64,000 bases of DNA from NCBI GenBank assembly GCA_037305845.1, contig CP147778.1, positions 2,240,001 through 2,304,000 of the forward strand. The letters run 5' to 3'. Under the pieces are notes generated by a model, which saw only the letters and a program-made list of their open reading frames with translations, did not search any database and was not told the DNA's origin. Position numbers and translations under genes: made by a program. The DNA comes from Candidatus Freyarchaeum deiterrae. Its GTDB lineage: Archaea; Asgardarchaeota; Jordiarchaeia; Jordiarchaeales; Jordiarchaeaceae. Below are positions 33,249-43,131 of the stretch, one piece after another. Position 1 is the first letter of the stretch; each line of letters opens with the position of its first letter.

Positions 33249-36200
33249 TTAGTGATCTTTGCAGCTGCTCAATTTTTTCAATGGTTTTTCTTTTTAGAAA
33301 AATGTATTCGTCCTCAGCCATCCTGCCTAATTCATAGTATTCCTGCAAACTCTTTAGATATTTGTTGAATTTCTGTATCTCCTTAATGCTTTTTTCCTGT
33401 TCTATCTGCTTGTTAGTTTTCTCCTCTATCTCTGGTGTTTCCGTTTTCATAACCACTGGTGCTTCTAAAGGTTCCTGAAGTTCTGGTTCAATGTTTTCCT
33501 CGGCTTTAATACTGGGTCTGGGTGGTGGAGTGGGTAATTCCGGAAGTTTTTCAACCTTGGCTTTCTCTAGTAACTGTTTGGGTTTCGGCTTCGGATGCTT
33601 TCGGGGTGCTATTTTTAAATTATTAACTACGCTTTTTAGTGATGAAATTATACCTGTTGCTTCGCTCCTTTGAGCTGATGTAGATAAAATAAGAATTACT
33701 GTACTATCCTCGGTTTCTACAACTCCTAATGAAACCCGCGATTTGTCCTTGGAGCCTAAAATCACCGGTACACCCTTTGCAGCGTTTATTTGAGGTTGCC
33801 ATCCATCTTCCTTTAATTTGCTATAAACATCACGGATAACTTCAACGCTATCCGCTTGTGACAATATTTTTTCGACGGCGGTTTCCATTTTTGGGACTGG
33901 ATACAAATGATTGTAGAATCCATAGTCCAAAACCCGTTTTATGTAATTAGCGGCTAAATCGTTTGATAAACCGAGTACTGGTGGAGAAGGAATTGTTATA
34001 TCTGGGGCTATTTCAACCACTTCTTCTTCTACTACTACCCCCTCCGGAGACTCTGTGGCTTCTGTTTCGGATACTTTTTCTATTTTCTCAGTGGTCTCCT
34101 CAATTTTTTCCGGAGTAACGATAGATTTCGATGGAGTTGATGCAAGTTCCTCAACCATTTTGGGAAGCGCTTCCCGACCGGAATGCTGACTTAGTCTCGG
34201 CCTGATTTTAACCACGAGGGCACGGCTACTAGTGATTGATTCGTCTGAAACAATCGTGGTTCCAATTGGAATATTACGCAGAAATCCTGAGTCCTTTATC
34301 TCCTCAGGAATCTCTTTAGGTGATCTCTTTGTAAAAGCAATAATGTCTGGTTCATATGACAAATAATGTGTTATCAGTATATCTATTTGAGATAAAACTC
34401 GATTGTCTGTAGCTGAGGGTTGCTGGGTTACCAGTACCAAGCCACAACCCGGTTTTCTTCCGAGCTTGGTAAACTCGATTAGGGGATCAGAGGCTGCGGT
34501 GACCCCTCTGGAAGGAACGAGTAAGTGTGCTTCATCAATCATCAACCAGGTCACTGGAATCTCCGCTTCAACTTTCTCATTTGATGCTTCTCTCAGTTGG
34601 GCGGCTTCCTCTGTTCTTGAAATCTGTAACCTCACCCTGAGAATTCTTCGCGCCAGTATGCCAATAACTAGAGCACGCAAGCTATCATCTAGATTGCTTA
34701 CATCTATAACAGATATTTGATTTGGAACTGCCAATTGCATTAAGCTGGTTCCTTTATCTGAGAAAATTCCCCACTGTTTTGCCGAAGAGAATCTCGCAAC
34801 AAACGCTCTTCGTGTATCGCGTCTAAACCCTTTATCTTCGGATATAATCTCCGAAGAAGTTTCAACACATTTAATTAAATCATCTATAGTGTAGATGTCT
34901 CCCTTACCCGTAATGTTTAACTCTTGGTCATCGGTCATAGCCTTGTAGCCGTTTTTAACTTTTTCAATAACCTGTTCAGTTAAAAGGCCTAACGTGCTAA
35001 ATCTATCTATACTAAAGGTATGACACCAATCATCGGCCGATAGCTCCGAGGGCTTTAACGAGAAGGCGGCGTCTTTCGTTTGTTCTGGAACTCTATCATA
35101 GAAGCCTATAGGGACAAAAACCTTTACGTTACTAAAACCCTTAGTTGTGAGTTCCCATTTTTCAAGTGTTTCTAACTCTCTTTTATCCCAATTGGGGTAC
35201 TTCATGCTCCAAAATATTCCCATAGGGTCAACAATAATCGTCGCAATTCCTAATTCTGACTCCGCCAACTCTTCTGCGATAACACCCATAGTATAAGATT
35301 TTCCAGATCCTCTATGACCGCTTATAAATATGACATGGGGAGTCACTCCATCTAAGAGAACTTTACAACCAAGTAAGCCGTTATCTTCACTCCTTTTCTC
35401 TCCCACGCGGCCAATGTACATTGTTCCTTTACAGCCTAATTTAGTCTGGGTCACTTTGCTTCTTCCCAAAATAACCGATTCACCTAAACTATCCATAAGT
35501 ACACTAATTGGAGTATCCACTATTGTTGGTGATTCAACACTAGTACCTTTTTCAAAGTTTATTATACCTGCTTCACCATTAATGTAGGCTAGTGCTCGCC
35601 ACAAATCTTTCAAATTGTTCGGATCAGTTTGTTCGGCTATATGCTTTCTAAGATTAGGCTGTTTAGGGTATCTATCAGCATCAAAACCTGACAAGTCCCA
35701 TAATAGAAAATCAACAGTTTCTTTATTTGAGAACCCATTGTAGGGTTTTACTGCATTCAAAGCTTTTTCCAGGTATTCCATCCTATCGGTGGCCATGAGC
35801 AGAAGGAGAAATACCTCAACGCGTTTATCAACATCAATTAGGCTTACTAGTTCAACCATCTTGTCAAGAAGTTTATCATCCGCGTTGTATCTGTAACCTT
35901 CGTACAGAATTTTTATAATTTGGAAGTCTGGTGATTCCTGAGTCGAAGCGTATCTGACAGCGGAATCCAGAGATTTTTGAATCTCCCCCTTTTCGGTTTC
36001 TTTTAATATGGTTCGGAAGGCGTGAACGATTGAAGCAGCAGCTTCGTTGTCAATTTCGCCAGAGTCCGAAATCCAAGCTCCAGAATCTGACTGAATAGAA
36101 ACCAGTTGTCCAACGAGGCTGTCCACTTGTTCTAGAAAAGTTTTGTTTCCAGTAACCCTATTTGCGATAATATAACAGTTTAAAAGGTAGGCTTTTTCTC

Positions 36201-36282
36201 TGGTGGTGACTGGTTTCGCCAGAGAGACTTTCTGTAACATGTCCACTAGTGATGAACATAAAGGTCTTCCCCTACTTAACAA
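33241..36282 (-). CDS. HerA/FtsK-superfamily (DUF87) ATPase with helical N-domain, Pro/Glu linkers and short C-terminal helical domain
   Basis: Walker A GHRGSGKS, IIVDPMG, Walker B LMIDEAH, GRKPG, VTQQPS; 1013 aa. Confidence 0.88.
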   Translation of the reverse strand: MLSRGRPLCSSLVDMLQKVSLAKPVTTREKAYLLNCYIIANRVTGNKTFLEQVDSLVGQLVSIQSDSGAWISDSGEIDNEAAASIVHAFRTILKETEKGEIQKSLDSAVRYASTQESPDFQIIKILYEGYRYNADDKLLDKMVELVSLIDVDKRVEVFLLLLMATDRMEYLEKALNAVKPYNGFSNKETVDFLLWDLSGFDADRYPKQPNLRKHIAEQTDPNNLKDLWRALAYINGEAGIINFEKGTSVESPTIVDTPISVLMDSLGESVILGRSKVTQTKLGCKGTMYIGRVGEKRSEDNGLLGCKVLLDGVTPHVIFISGHRGSGKSYTMGVIAEELAESELGIATIIVDPMGIFWSMKYPNWDKRELETLEKWELTTKGFSNVKVFVPIGFYDRVPEQTKDAAFSLKPSELSADDWCHTFSIDRFSTLGLLTEQVIEKVKNGYKAMTDDQELNITGKGDIYTIDDLIKCVETSSEIISEDKGFRRDTRRAFVARFSSAKQWGIFSDKGTSLMQLAVPNQISVIDVSNLDDSLRALVIGILARRILRVRLQISRTEEAAQLREASNEKVEAEIPVTWLMIDEAHLLVPSRGVTAASDPLIEFTKLGRKPGCGLVLVTQQPSATDNRVLSQIDILITHYLSYEPDIIAFTKRSPKEIPEEIKDSGFLRNIPIGTTIVSDESITSSRALVVKIRPRLSQHSGREALPKMVEELASTPSKSIVTPEKIEETTEKIEKVSETEATESPEGVVVEEEVVEIAPDITIPSPPVLGLSNDLAANYIKRVLDYGFYNHLYPVPKMETAVEKILSQADSVEVIRDVYSKLKEDGWQPQINAAKGVPVILGSKDKSRVSLGVVETEDSTVILILSTSAQRSEATGIISSLKSVVNNLKIAPRKHPKPKPKQLLEKAKVEKLPELPTPPPRPSIKAEENIEPELQEPLEAPVVMKTETPEIEEKTNKQIEQEKSIKEIQKFNKYLKSLQEYYELGRMAEDEYIFLKRKTIEKIEQLQRSLIE

Positions 36283-36331
36283 GAGTGTTTCCCCACACCT
36301 TTTCTGTATTGAAATATGAAAAGAAGAAGCC

Positions 36332-36946
36332 TTAAAGTTCTTCTTTCAATTTCTTAATATCTTTTTCCAGTTCTTCAACTTTTCCGCTAGGTGCTGACGG
36401 GAGCTTTACTCCGGTTTCGACACTTATTTCTTGGTCGATCTCAGAGATAGTAGCTGCGACTTCTTGAGATGTGACTTCTGTGCTAACTGTCATCTTCTCC
36501 ATTCCAGCCTCAAGAACATCTTGACGAACGTCGAATTCTTGCATAATGCTGTCTATTTCCTCAGCGTTTTTAGCAATGTCTTCTGGGAGCTTGACAGCTT
36601 CTTCGAGTCCCTTAAGGGCTTCTCTTACACCCGATATTGTGCTGGCGACGTCAGCTACGGATTCGCTCTGACGGAGTCTAATTACCATACCCTGAATTTT
36701 GAGGCGATAAGAATCTGTTGCTAAAGCCCACTTATTGTACCTTATATAATGTTCGGCGTACATTTTGGCTCCTTCGGCGTTTCCTCTAAGCCTATATTTC
36801 TTAGCATCTTCTCTGTTTTTTCTGGCTTCTCTCTCCAGCTGTTTTTTCTGGTATTCAAGGCGGCGAGTGAAAACATCAAGTTTGTAAACCACTTCTTTTA
36901 TCTTCGGTCCTCCCTTAAGCCAACTTGAGAATTTTCTAAGCGCCAT
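36332..36946 (-). CDS. ESCRT-III Vps2/24/46 (CdvB-like) subunit
   Basis: AKKY...GN.EGAKMYAE, basic N-half and acidic C-half, C-terminal LPSAP...ELEKDIKKLK (MIM-like). Confidence 0.83.
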   Translation of the reverse strand: MALRKFSSWLKGGPKIKEVVYKLDVFTRRLEYQKKQLEREARKNREDAKKYRLRGNAEGAKMYAEHYIRYNKWALATDSYRLKIQGMVIRLRQSESVADVASTISGVREALKGLEEAVKLPEDIAKNAEEIDSIMQEFDVRQDVLEAGMEKMTVSTEVTSQEVAATISEIDQEISVETGVKLPSAPSGKVEELEKDIKKLKEEL

Positions 36947-37078
36947 ACAAAACACCAATCCCTTTTTTGATATTTTTCTAATTCTTTATTTTACCTAATA
37001 GAAGATTCCAGATGGTAGCATATAATACTTTCTTAATGTGCATTCCTCTGTTTTAAAAAGCAGTGAAAATTAAGCCGT

Positions 37079-37681
37079 TTAAAACCCGAAAATGCGGTCC
37101 AATTTCTCATGAACGAGAAAAATACAGTGGCTTCCCAAGTATTCCTTAGGCCCCAGACTTAAAGGCTTGATACCTTTTTCCTTCAAGTATTCAATATCAT
37201 TTTGACTAAACCCAATATGATCCCCCAGTATAAATACAAGCTGCGGCTTTTCTACATTTTGAAACTCGCTAAAAGTTTTGTTAAAATCAGCACCAGACTG
37301 GTGGAGATAGTAAATTTTGGATATAATCGCCTGTTCTTCTACCAGCTCTCGGAAGCCTTTGCTTATTAATCGAAATCCGGGAGGAAACAATTCTTTCTTG
37401 GGGTCTAACATATCTTTTAGTACTAAACCCACTTGAAGTTCATCTCTTGGCAACTCTTCAATTTTTCCTCCATTCACTTCAATCACGAGCGTTGGCCGTG
37501 GGGGGCCTTCAAGCACAGCATAAAAAACGGTGTCCACCCTGTGGGTATTTGATAGAAGCAGGGCGGATAGAATACATCTACAGACTAAATCCATTCTCCC
37601 TGATGTACCAGGTAAGTCCTTAATCGTGAACCTATTATCGGTATGGGCGATGCTCGCTTTAAGAATAAACACTCTCTTCAA
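37079..37681 (-). CDS. trmY: tRNA pseudouridine-54 N1-methyltransferase (SPOUT)
   Basis: DLPGTSGRMDLVCRC, FILGDHIG, SLGP..Y..SHCI. Confidence 0.93.
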   Translation of the reverse strand: MKRVFILKASIAHTDNRFTIKDLPGTSGRMDLVCRCILSALLLSNTHRVDTVFYAVLEGPPRPTLVIEVNGGKIEELPRDELQVGLVLKDMLDPKKELFPPGFRLISKGFRELVEEQAIISKIYYLHQSGADFNKTFSEFQNVEKPQLVFILGDHIGFSQNDIEYLKEKGIKPLSLGPKEYLGSHCIFLVHEKLDRIFGF

Positions 37682-37688
37682 AAGATTT

Positions 37689-38651
37689 TCACCCAAAAGC
37701 AATTATTGCCTCGTAAATCATTTGAACTGATATGAGGATTAGGACTAGACCAAAAATTTTTCTAAGAAGGTTGGGCGATATCCTCATCGCTATTCTAACG
37801 CCTATCTGAGCTCCAATTACCGCTCCAATCATCATAACAATGCCGATTTGCCAATTCACTTGTCCTAACATAACATGCTCGAAGGATCCAACTAATGACG
37901 TAAAAATAATTATGAACACCGAAGTAGCCACTGAGACAATCATGGGAACCCCGAGAGCAATATTCAATACCGGCACCTGAACAATTCCTCCCCCTATTCC
38001 TAATAGCCCAGATACAAGTCCCGCCACAAAAGAGAACGCTAAACCCAAAGGTACATTCACAAAGTACTCATAGCTTTCACCGTTTGCCACTTTAATCGTT
38101 CGTTTCCAACTCAGAATACCTCTCTTTATTATTTTCTTCTCTTCTTTAACGGCTTCCTGAGGACTATTCGGATTAGATCTTCTCCCACCACTTCTAAAAA
38201 GCATATTAATTCCAACTACAACAAGCGCCACCCCAAAAATTGCTTCGAGTATATTTCCTGGAACCCATCCGGTCAAATACGCTCCAAGGAAGCCACCGGG
38301 AACAGATGCTACTGCTAGCACCAAACCCAATTTATAATCTATAACTCTTTTACGAGCATATTCAACGGTACCAGAAGACGAAGTGAATACGATAATGAAT
38401 AAACTGGTTCCTATAGCCACATTTATTGGCTCATTTGCTACATACTGAATTGCTGGAACATTTAGAAATCCACCCCCAATACCAAACATGGGCCCAATTA
38501 TCCCAGTAAAAAAAGATGTTCCACCCAGCAGTGGATAAAGCCACCAGTTACTACCACTATTGAGAAGGAGGTACAAAAGCCACCAATCCAAGTTATCATA
38601 CTCCAAATAATTGAACCAACTAAGAGGAACCAGTATAAAACAATTTCTCAC
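37689..38651 (-). CDS. TauE/SafE (TSUP) family membrane protein
   Basis: Duplicated G..GIGGG...VP and A.GTSL/ATS motifs; multiple TM segments. Confidence 0.9.
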   Translation of the reverse strand: MRNCFILVPLSWFNYLEYDNLDWWLLYLLLNSGSNWWLYPLLGGTSFFTGIIGPMFGIGGGFLNVPAIQYVANEPINVAIGTSLFIIVFTSSSGTVEYARKRVIDYKLGLVLAVASVPGGFLGAYLTGWVPGNILEAIFGVALVVVGINMLFRSGGRRSNPNSPQEAVKEEKKIIKRGILSWKRTIKVANGESYEYFVNVPLGLAFSFVAGLVSGLLGIGGGIVQVPVLNIALGVPMIVSVATSVFIIIFTSLVGSFEHVMLGQVNWQIGIVMMIGAVIGAQIGVRIAMRISPNLLRKIFGLVLILISVQMIYEAIIAFG

Positions 38652-38819
38652 CTACTGTTTATGTAAAATATATCCGTAAAAACCCTCCCTAAAAACTGAA
38701 CGTTCTCCAAAAACATAATTTGGCTACAAGTAACTTTATTATGTGAGAGATAAGAATAAATAGTTCGTTTAGTTTTACTTGTCTAGATTCAAAATAAATG
38801 AATTAGTGAAGTGAGTATT

Positions 38820-39129
38820 TTGCCGCAAAAACGTAAAAGTCGTGGAAGAGCCAAAGGAAGCGCTGGAAAGAAATCACTCGTCCAATGCTCCGGGTGTGGG
38901 GCCATGGTGCCTCGCGATGTCAATTTGCTCAATTGAGCAAGTACGCGATAAGGCTAAGCGTGTGACCCGATACACCACATTGGTTGATCCAATGATCGGT
39001 CGAGAATTAAGACAGCAGGGAGCATACATTCCAAGAACTAGAGAAATCAAGGTATACTGCATCAACTGTGCTGTTCACAGAAAATTGACTCGGGTAAGAC
39101 CAAAGGAAGATAGAAGAGACAGAAGATAA
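38820..39129 (+). CDS. rps26e: Ribosomal protein eS26, spliced: join(38820..38918,38950..39129), 92 aa
   Basis: Exon 1 MPQKRKSRGRAKG..VQCSGCGAMVPRD plus exon 2 KAKRVT...YCINCAVHRK..RVR give a complete eS26 with all four Zn cysteines. Confidence 0.93.
38919..38949 (+). other. 31-nt BHB intron in rps26e mRNA
   Basis: Exon helix GCCT/AGGC, central helix CGCG/CGCG, bulges AT|G and AT|A, internal palindrome TTGCTCAATTGAGCAA; in-frame TGA within the intron. Confidence 0.9.
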
Positions 39130-39183
39130 ACAAGAAAATGTCGCTCTTAGGTAAAACCGGTTAACCCATTAAGGGGAGAGGCT

Positions 39184-40074
39184 TTGCTTAACCTAGTGGT
39201 TATTGGGCATATTGCAAAGGATACAATAATTCGAAATGGCTCCAAAACCTACTCGATTGGCGGGCCTCCTTTTTATGCTGGAATAGCTGCGAGAAAAATG
39301 GGGGGAAAAGTGGGTATAGTTTCTAAAATAGGCCGAGACTTGGATGACGCGTCTTTGTCCGTTTTTAAAGAAACGGGAATTCAAACATCTATAAAAAAAA
39401 CAAATGGTTTGACAACAAACTTCGAACTCGAGTACCTGCCTGAAGGCAGAAGATTAAAATTGAAAGAGAGATGCGAGCCTATCTTATTTGAAGACGTTCC
39501 CAAACACTTTTTACGAGCGGGCTCTCTACTCGTCAGCCCTATAGCAGGAGAAATTTCAACGGATTTTATGGAAAAAATCTCTCGAAAAACAGATTCCATA
39601 TTAGCCATTGACGCACAGGGCTTTGTTCGCAAGTTTGATGACCAAGGAAATGTGTATTTTGATGTTTGGAGGGAAGGCGAAGACATTCTTCCTCTTGTGG
39701 ATATTGCCAAATTTTCAAAACGTGAAGCACTAACCGCTATGGACTGCGATAGCATTCATGACGCTGCCCAAAAAATTTTGAATTTTGGCCCAGAAATCGT
39801 TATAATAACGCTTGGTGAGGAGGGAGTTCTGATAAGAGGAAAGGAAAACCTTTCCATCACTCCCAAGACTACCCCTGAAAAAGTAATAGACACTACCGGC
39901 GCAGGAGACATATTCTTCGGAGTATTTCTTCTTGAATATTCCCTGACAAAAAACGTAAAAACTTCTGGAAATATAGCGACCATCGCAGCCTCAAAATCTA
40001 CTGAGGGAAAGGGGATGTCACGGTTTATAACAAGAGATATGATTGAAAATGATTCATTCCAAAATGTAGACTAG
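39184..40074 (+). CDS. PfkB family carbohydrate/nucleoside kinase
   Basis: GGPPFYAG, IDAQGFVR, ITLGEEG, DTTGAGD. Confidence 0.9.
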   Translation: MLNLVVIGHIAKDTIIRNGSKTYSIGGPPFYAGIAARKMGGKVGIVSKIGRDLDDASLSVFKETGIQTSIKKTNGLTTNFELEYLPEGRRLKLKERCEPILFEDVPKHFLRAGSLLVSPIAGEISTDFMEKISRKTDSILAIDAQGFVRKFDDQGNVYFDVWREGEDILPLVDIAKFSKREALTAMDCDSIHDAAQKILNFGPEIVIITLGEEGVLIRGKENLSITPKTTPEKVIDTTGAGDIFFGVFLLEYSLTKNVKTSGNIATIAASKSTEGKGMSRFITRDMIENDSFQNVD

Positions 40075-40173
40075 AATTTTAATAGAAAAAAATTAGGGGA
40101 CTCCTATTCAATAAATTCAAGGAAAGGTTAATCGAATAATAAATGATTTTTAATTGCTGCTTTAGATGAGTCC

Positions 40174-41301
40174 TTATTCTACGGGTTGTATCTTGCCTAA
40201 TATTCCAAAAGCGGGGCATCCTGGAATAAAGATTCCCTTATCCTTATGTTCCTGTGTGCAGTCTCCTATGATGTACGTTCTACCCTCTAGTTTTTCTGGT
40301 ACTTTTGCATCCTGCCCTATTACCATATTAATTTTTCCCACTTTTTCTATGAGTCCATGTTTTCTAAGCCTATCCAGCTCTACTCTGGCCCAAGCCAAGC
40401 AACCTTCATTACACGCGCATCCAACGTAAACCTCTACGTTCGGATAAATGCCCATTACATCCGTTGATGGTCTCTTAAAATTCCTCCGGACTTCACTAAT
40501 ACTCGCTCCTCTTACTTCTATTTTATTCAAGTCCATTTCTCCCAGTCTCCGAAGGGCAGCCAGTCTTATATGAGGAATTTCACCAGGCTCAAAGCCCATG
40601 ATACTTGACGCTACAGCATCTACAGATACCACATCTGTTCCCGCAATAACCAGACCCATATCCAATGCATCTCCGTAGGTAGGTCCCTGTCCCTCAAACG
40701 CGATTAGACCGTCAATTATTGCTAGGGCGGGTTTTGCCGCTAGCGTTACGTCCACAACCTTCTGGTGGATATCCGTCCTGTGATAAATCTGTTTTTCTTC
40801 AGGGGTTAATAGACCGATCTGATTTTTAATCGCTAAGCTGACTCTGCACATGGTATGAGTTTTTAATTTTGGCACTGTTATGAACTTGTTGCAATCCAGT
40901 AGAACTTTTGGGAGTTTAATGGTGTTCATTAATTTTGCCTTGGGGGACTCTATCTCTAGATATTCCTCCTCGTCCAAGTAAACAGCCTCAGCGCCCTCCT
41001 CTTCCACTACCGTTTGCGTTCCTGTAACTTCGAAAGCTTTTCTGGACTTGTAAAAGAAGAAGGGAGCATCTCCAACTTTTATCTGGCTAGCTCCCGCCTC
41101 TCTCACCAGTTGAATCACCGCCCTAACTACTTCTGGGTCAGTGGTTGCACCGGATTCTTTGGCAAGGGGAACAACCAGGTTTGGTTTTATGAAAACCTTG
41201 TCTCCTTTTCTCACAATTTTTTTGATTCCGCCTATGAGGTCTACCGCATTTCGAACAGCATCTGCTGCTGTTTCACTCTTTACAATTGACACTACTGGCA
41301 T
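40174..41301 (-). CDS. DUF362 family protein (Fe-S associated)
   Basis: IKPNLV, ATTDPEVV, VPKLKTH, IKN..G, EGQGP, D.VSVD. Confidence 0.85.
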   Translation of the reverse strand: MPVVSIVKSETAADAVRNAVDLIGGIKKIVRKGDKVFIKPNLVVPLAKESGATTDPEVVRAVIQLVREAGASQIKVGDAPFFFYKSRKAFEVTGTQTVVEEEGAEAVYLDEEEYLEIESPKAKLMNTIKLPKVLLDCNKFITVPKLKTHTMCRVSLAIKNQIGLLTPEEKQIYHRTDIHQKVVDVTLAAKPALAIIDGLIAFEGQGPTYGDALDMGLVIAGTDVVSVDAVASSIMGFEPGEIPHIRLAALRRLGEMDLNKIEVRGASISEVRRNFKRPSTDVMGIYPNVEVYVGCACNEGCLAWARVELDRLRKHGLIEKVGKINMVIGQDAKVPEKLEGRTYIIGDCTQEHKDKGIFIPGCPAFGILGKIQPVE

Positions 41302-41577
41302 GGAGTTTCCCTCTAATTGTAGCTAATATATTACAAAGGGAAAACACTTAAAAAAAATTCGGTAAAAAGTCCCATTATATAATCCATTTTAATGGCGATG
41401 GAAAATAAAAATTTATATTAAACCCCAATGATTTAACTCCAACAAAAAGAAAGAGCTTAACAAGCGCTCATCAAATATTTAATTTATCAATTCAAAGCCC
41501 ATTTAGTTTATGTTGAATACTCTAAGCAAAAGATGTATTTTAAGTTGCAAAACTACTGAGTTTTAGCTGGTGATTGA

Positions 41578-43032
41578 ATGGTTGAAGATACTGAAACTCC
41601 CTTACCCGACAAGGAACAAAACTTCAGTGAATGGTATAACGAAATCGTCCAGAGGGCGGAGCTAGTAGATCTTCGCTACGGAGTGAAAGGATTTATAGTT
41701 TATCGCCCTAATATTTCAACTATCTTGAGGCAAACTTATCGCCTTTTCGAGGAAGCTCTAGATGCATATGGTCATTCAGTTTGCAACTTTCCAGTAGTAA
41801 TACCCTTGGAATTCTTTCAAAAAGAAGCTGACCACATAAAAGGATTTTCGGGAGAAGTTTTTTGGATAACAAAGGCAGGCGGTAGTGACCTCGATAAACC
41901 TATGTTACTGAGACCAACTTCTGAGACCGCTATGTATCCCCTTTACGCCTACTGGGTTCGAAGCTATCGCGATTTACCTTTGAAATTATACCAAAGCAAC
42001 ACCGTCTACCGATATGAAACCAAGGCAACAAAAGCTCTCATTCGGGGCAGAGAATTCTACTGGATAGAAGCGCACGATGTTCATAGAACGCCTGAAAACG
42101 CAATAAACCAAGTAAAAGAGGATATGGAAATAACGATTAACTCCCTACACGATCAGCTTGGTATTCCCTTTCTATTGATGGAAAGGCCTCCATGGGATAG
42201 GTTTGCAGGAGCAGACCAAACTTACGCCTTTGACGTACTTCTTCCCGATAAGAATGTCCTACAAATTGCCACCACTCACCTCCTAGGTGAGAATTTCTCT
42301 AAAGCCTTCGAGATTATGTTTGAGGATGAGGATGGAGTCAAAAAGTATGGTCAACAGACATGCTTTGGAATAGGCATCTCAAGAATAGTAGCTACCATTA
42401 TCAGTATGCATGGCGACAATTACGGACTAGTACTACCATTTCACGTCGCTCCCCTCCAAATCATAATAGTACCAATACCCAAAAAGGGAAAGAATGAACT
42501 CATAACTGAGAAGTGTGAGGAAGTTTACCAAAGACTCAAAGATAAAGGTTATCGAGTAAAATTTGATAACTCAGATGAACGCCCCGGAGCCAAATTTTAT
42601 CACTGGGAACTACTGGGTGTACCATTAAGACTCGAAATAGGTCCTAAAGACATAGAGCAAGGTGCGATAACTATTTTTAGAAGAGATAAAAGGGAACGCT
42701 TTCTGACAAAAGAAAGCCAACTAGTAGAAACTATCGAACAGCTGAGGGATGATATCTTAAAAGAATTAAGAACCCATAGAGAAAAAGACTTGGAAGAGGA
42801 CACCCGAGAAGCCAAAAGTAAAGAGGAATTTCTAGAAATCGCGAAAAACAAAGGGGGCTTTATAAAGATAGAGTTCTGTGATAACGTTAAGTGCGCGGAA
42901 ATAATTAAAGAAGAAACCGGAGGATACGAGGTAAGAGGCAAACTCTTTGGAGAAAAAGAAAAACCAAAGGGTAAATGCATAATCTGCGGCGAAAAAGCAA
43001 AATCAATAGTTTACGCAGCCAAGCCTTATTAA
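41578..43032 (+). CDS. proS: Prolyl-tRNA synthetase (archaeal/eukaryotic type)
   Basis: FSEWY, LRPTSETAMY, YRYETK, REFYW.EAH, QTCFGIG; C-terminal Zn domain ending AKPY. Confidence 0.96.
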   Translation: MVEDTETPLPDKEQNFSEWYNEIVQRAELVDLRYGVKGFIVYRPNISTILRQTYRLFEEALDAYGHSVCNFPVVIPLEFFQKEADHIKGFSGEVFWITKAGGSDLDKPMLLRPTSETAMYPLYAYWVRSYRDLPLKLYQSNTVYRYETKATKALIRGREFYWIEAHDVHRTPENAINQVKEDMEITINSLHDQLGIPFLLMERPPWDRFAGADQTYAFDVLLPDKNVLQIATTHLLGENFSKAFEIMFEDEDGVKKYGQQTCFGIGISRIVATIISMHGDNYGLVLPFHVAPLQIIIVPIPKKGKNELITEKCEEVYQRLKDKGYRVKFDNSDERPGAKFYHWELLGVPLRLEIGPKDIEQGAITIFRRDKRERFLTKESQLVETIEQLRDDILKELRTHREKDLEEDTREAKSKEEFLEIAKNKGGFIKIEFCDNVKCAEIIKEETGGYEVRGKLFGEKEKPKGKCIICGEKAKSIVYAAKPY

Positions 43033-43131
43033 AAACTATCTTCAAATAGAAATCCTTAAAAAAGATTATTCCCTTAGAAAGGTCTTCCCTATTTTCCATT
43101 TTGTAAATTACCTGAAAGTTTCCAAACAAGA

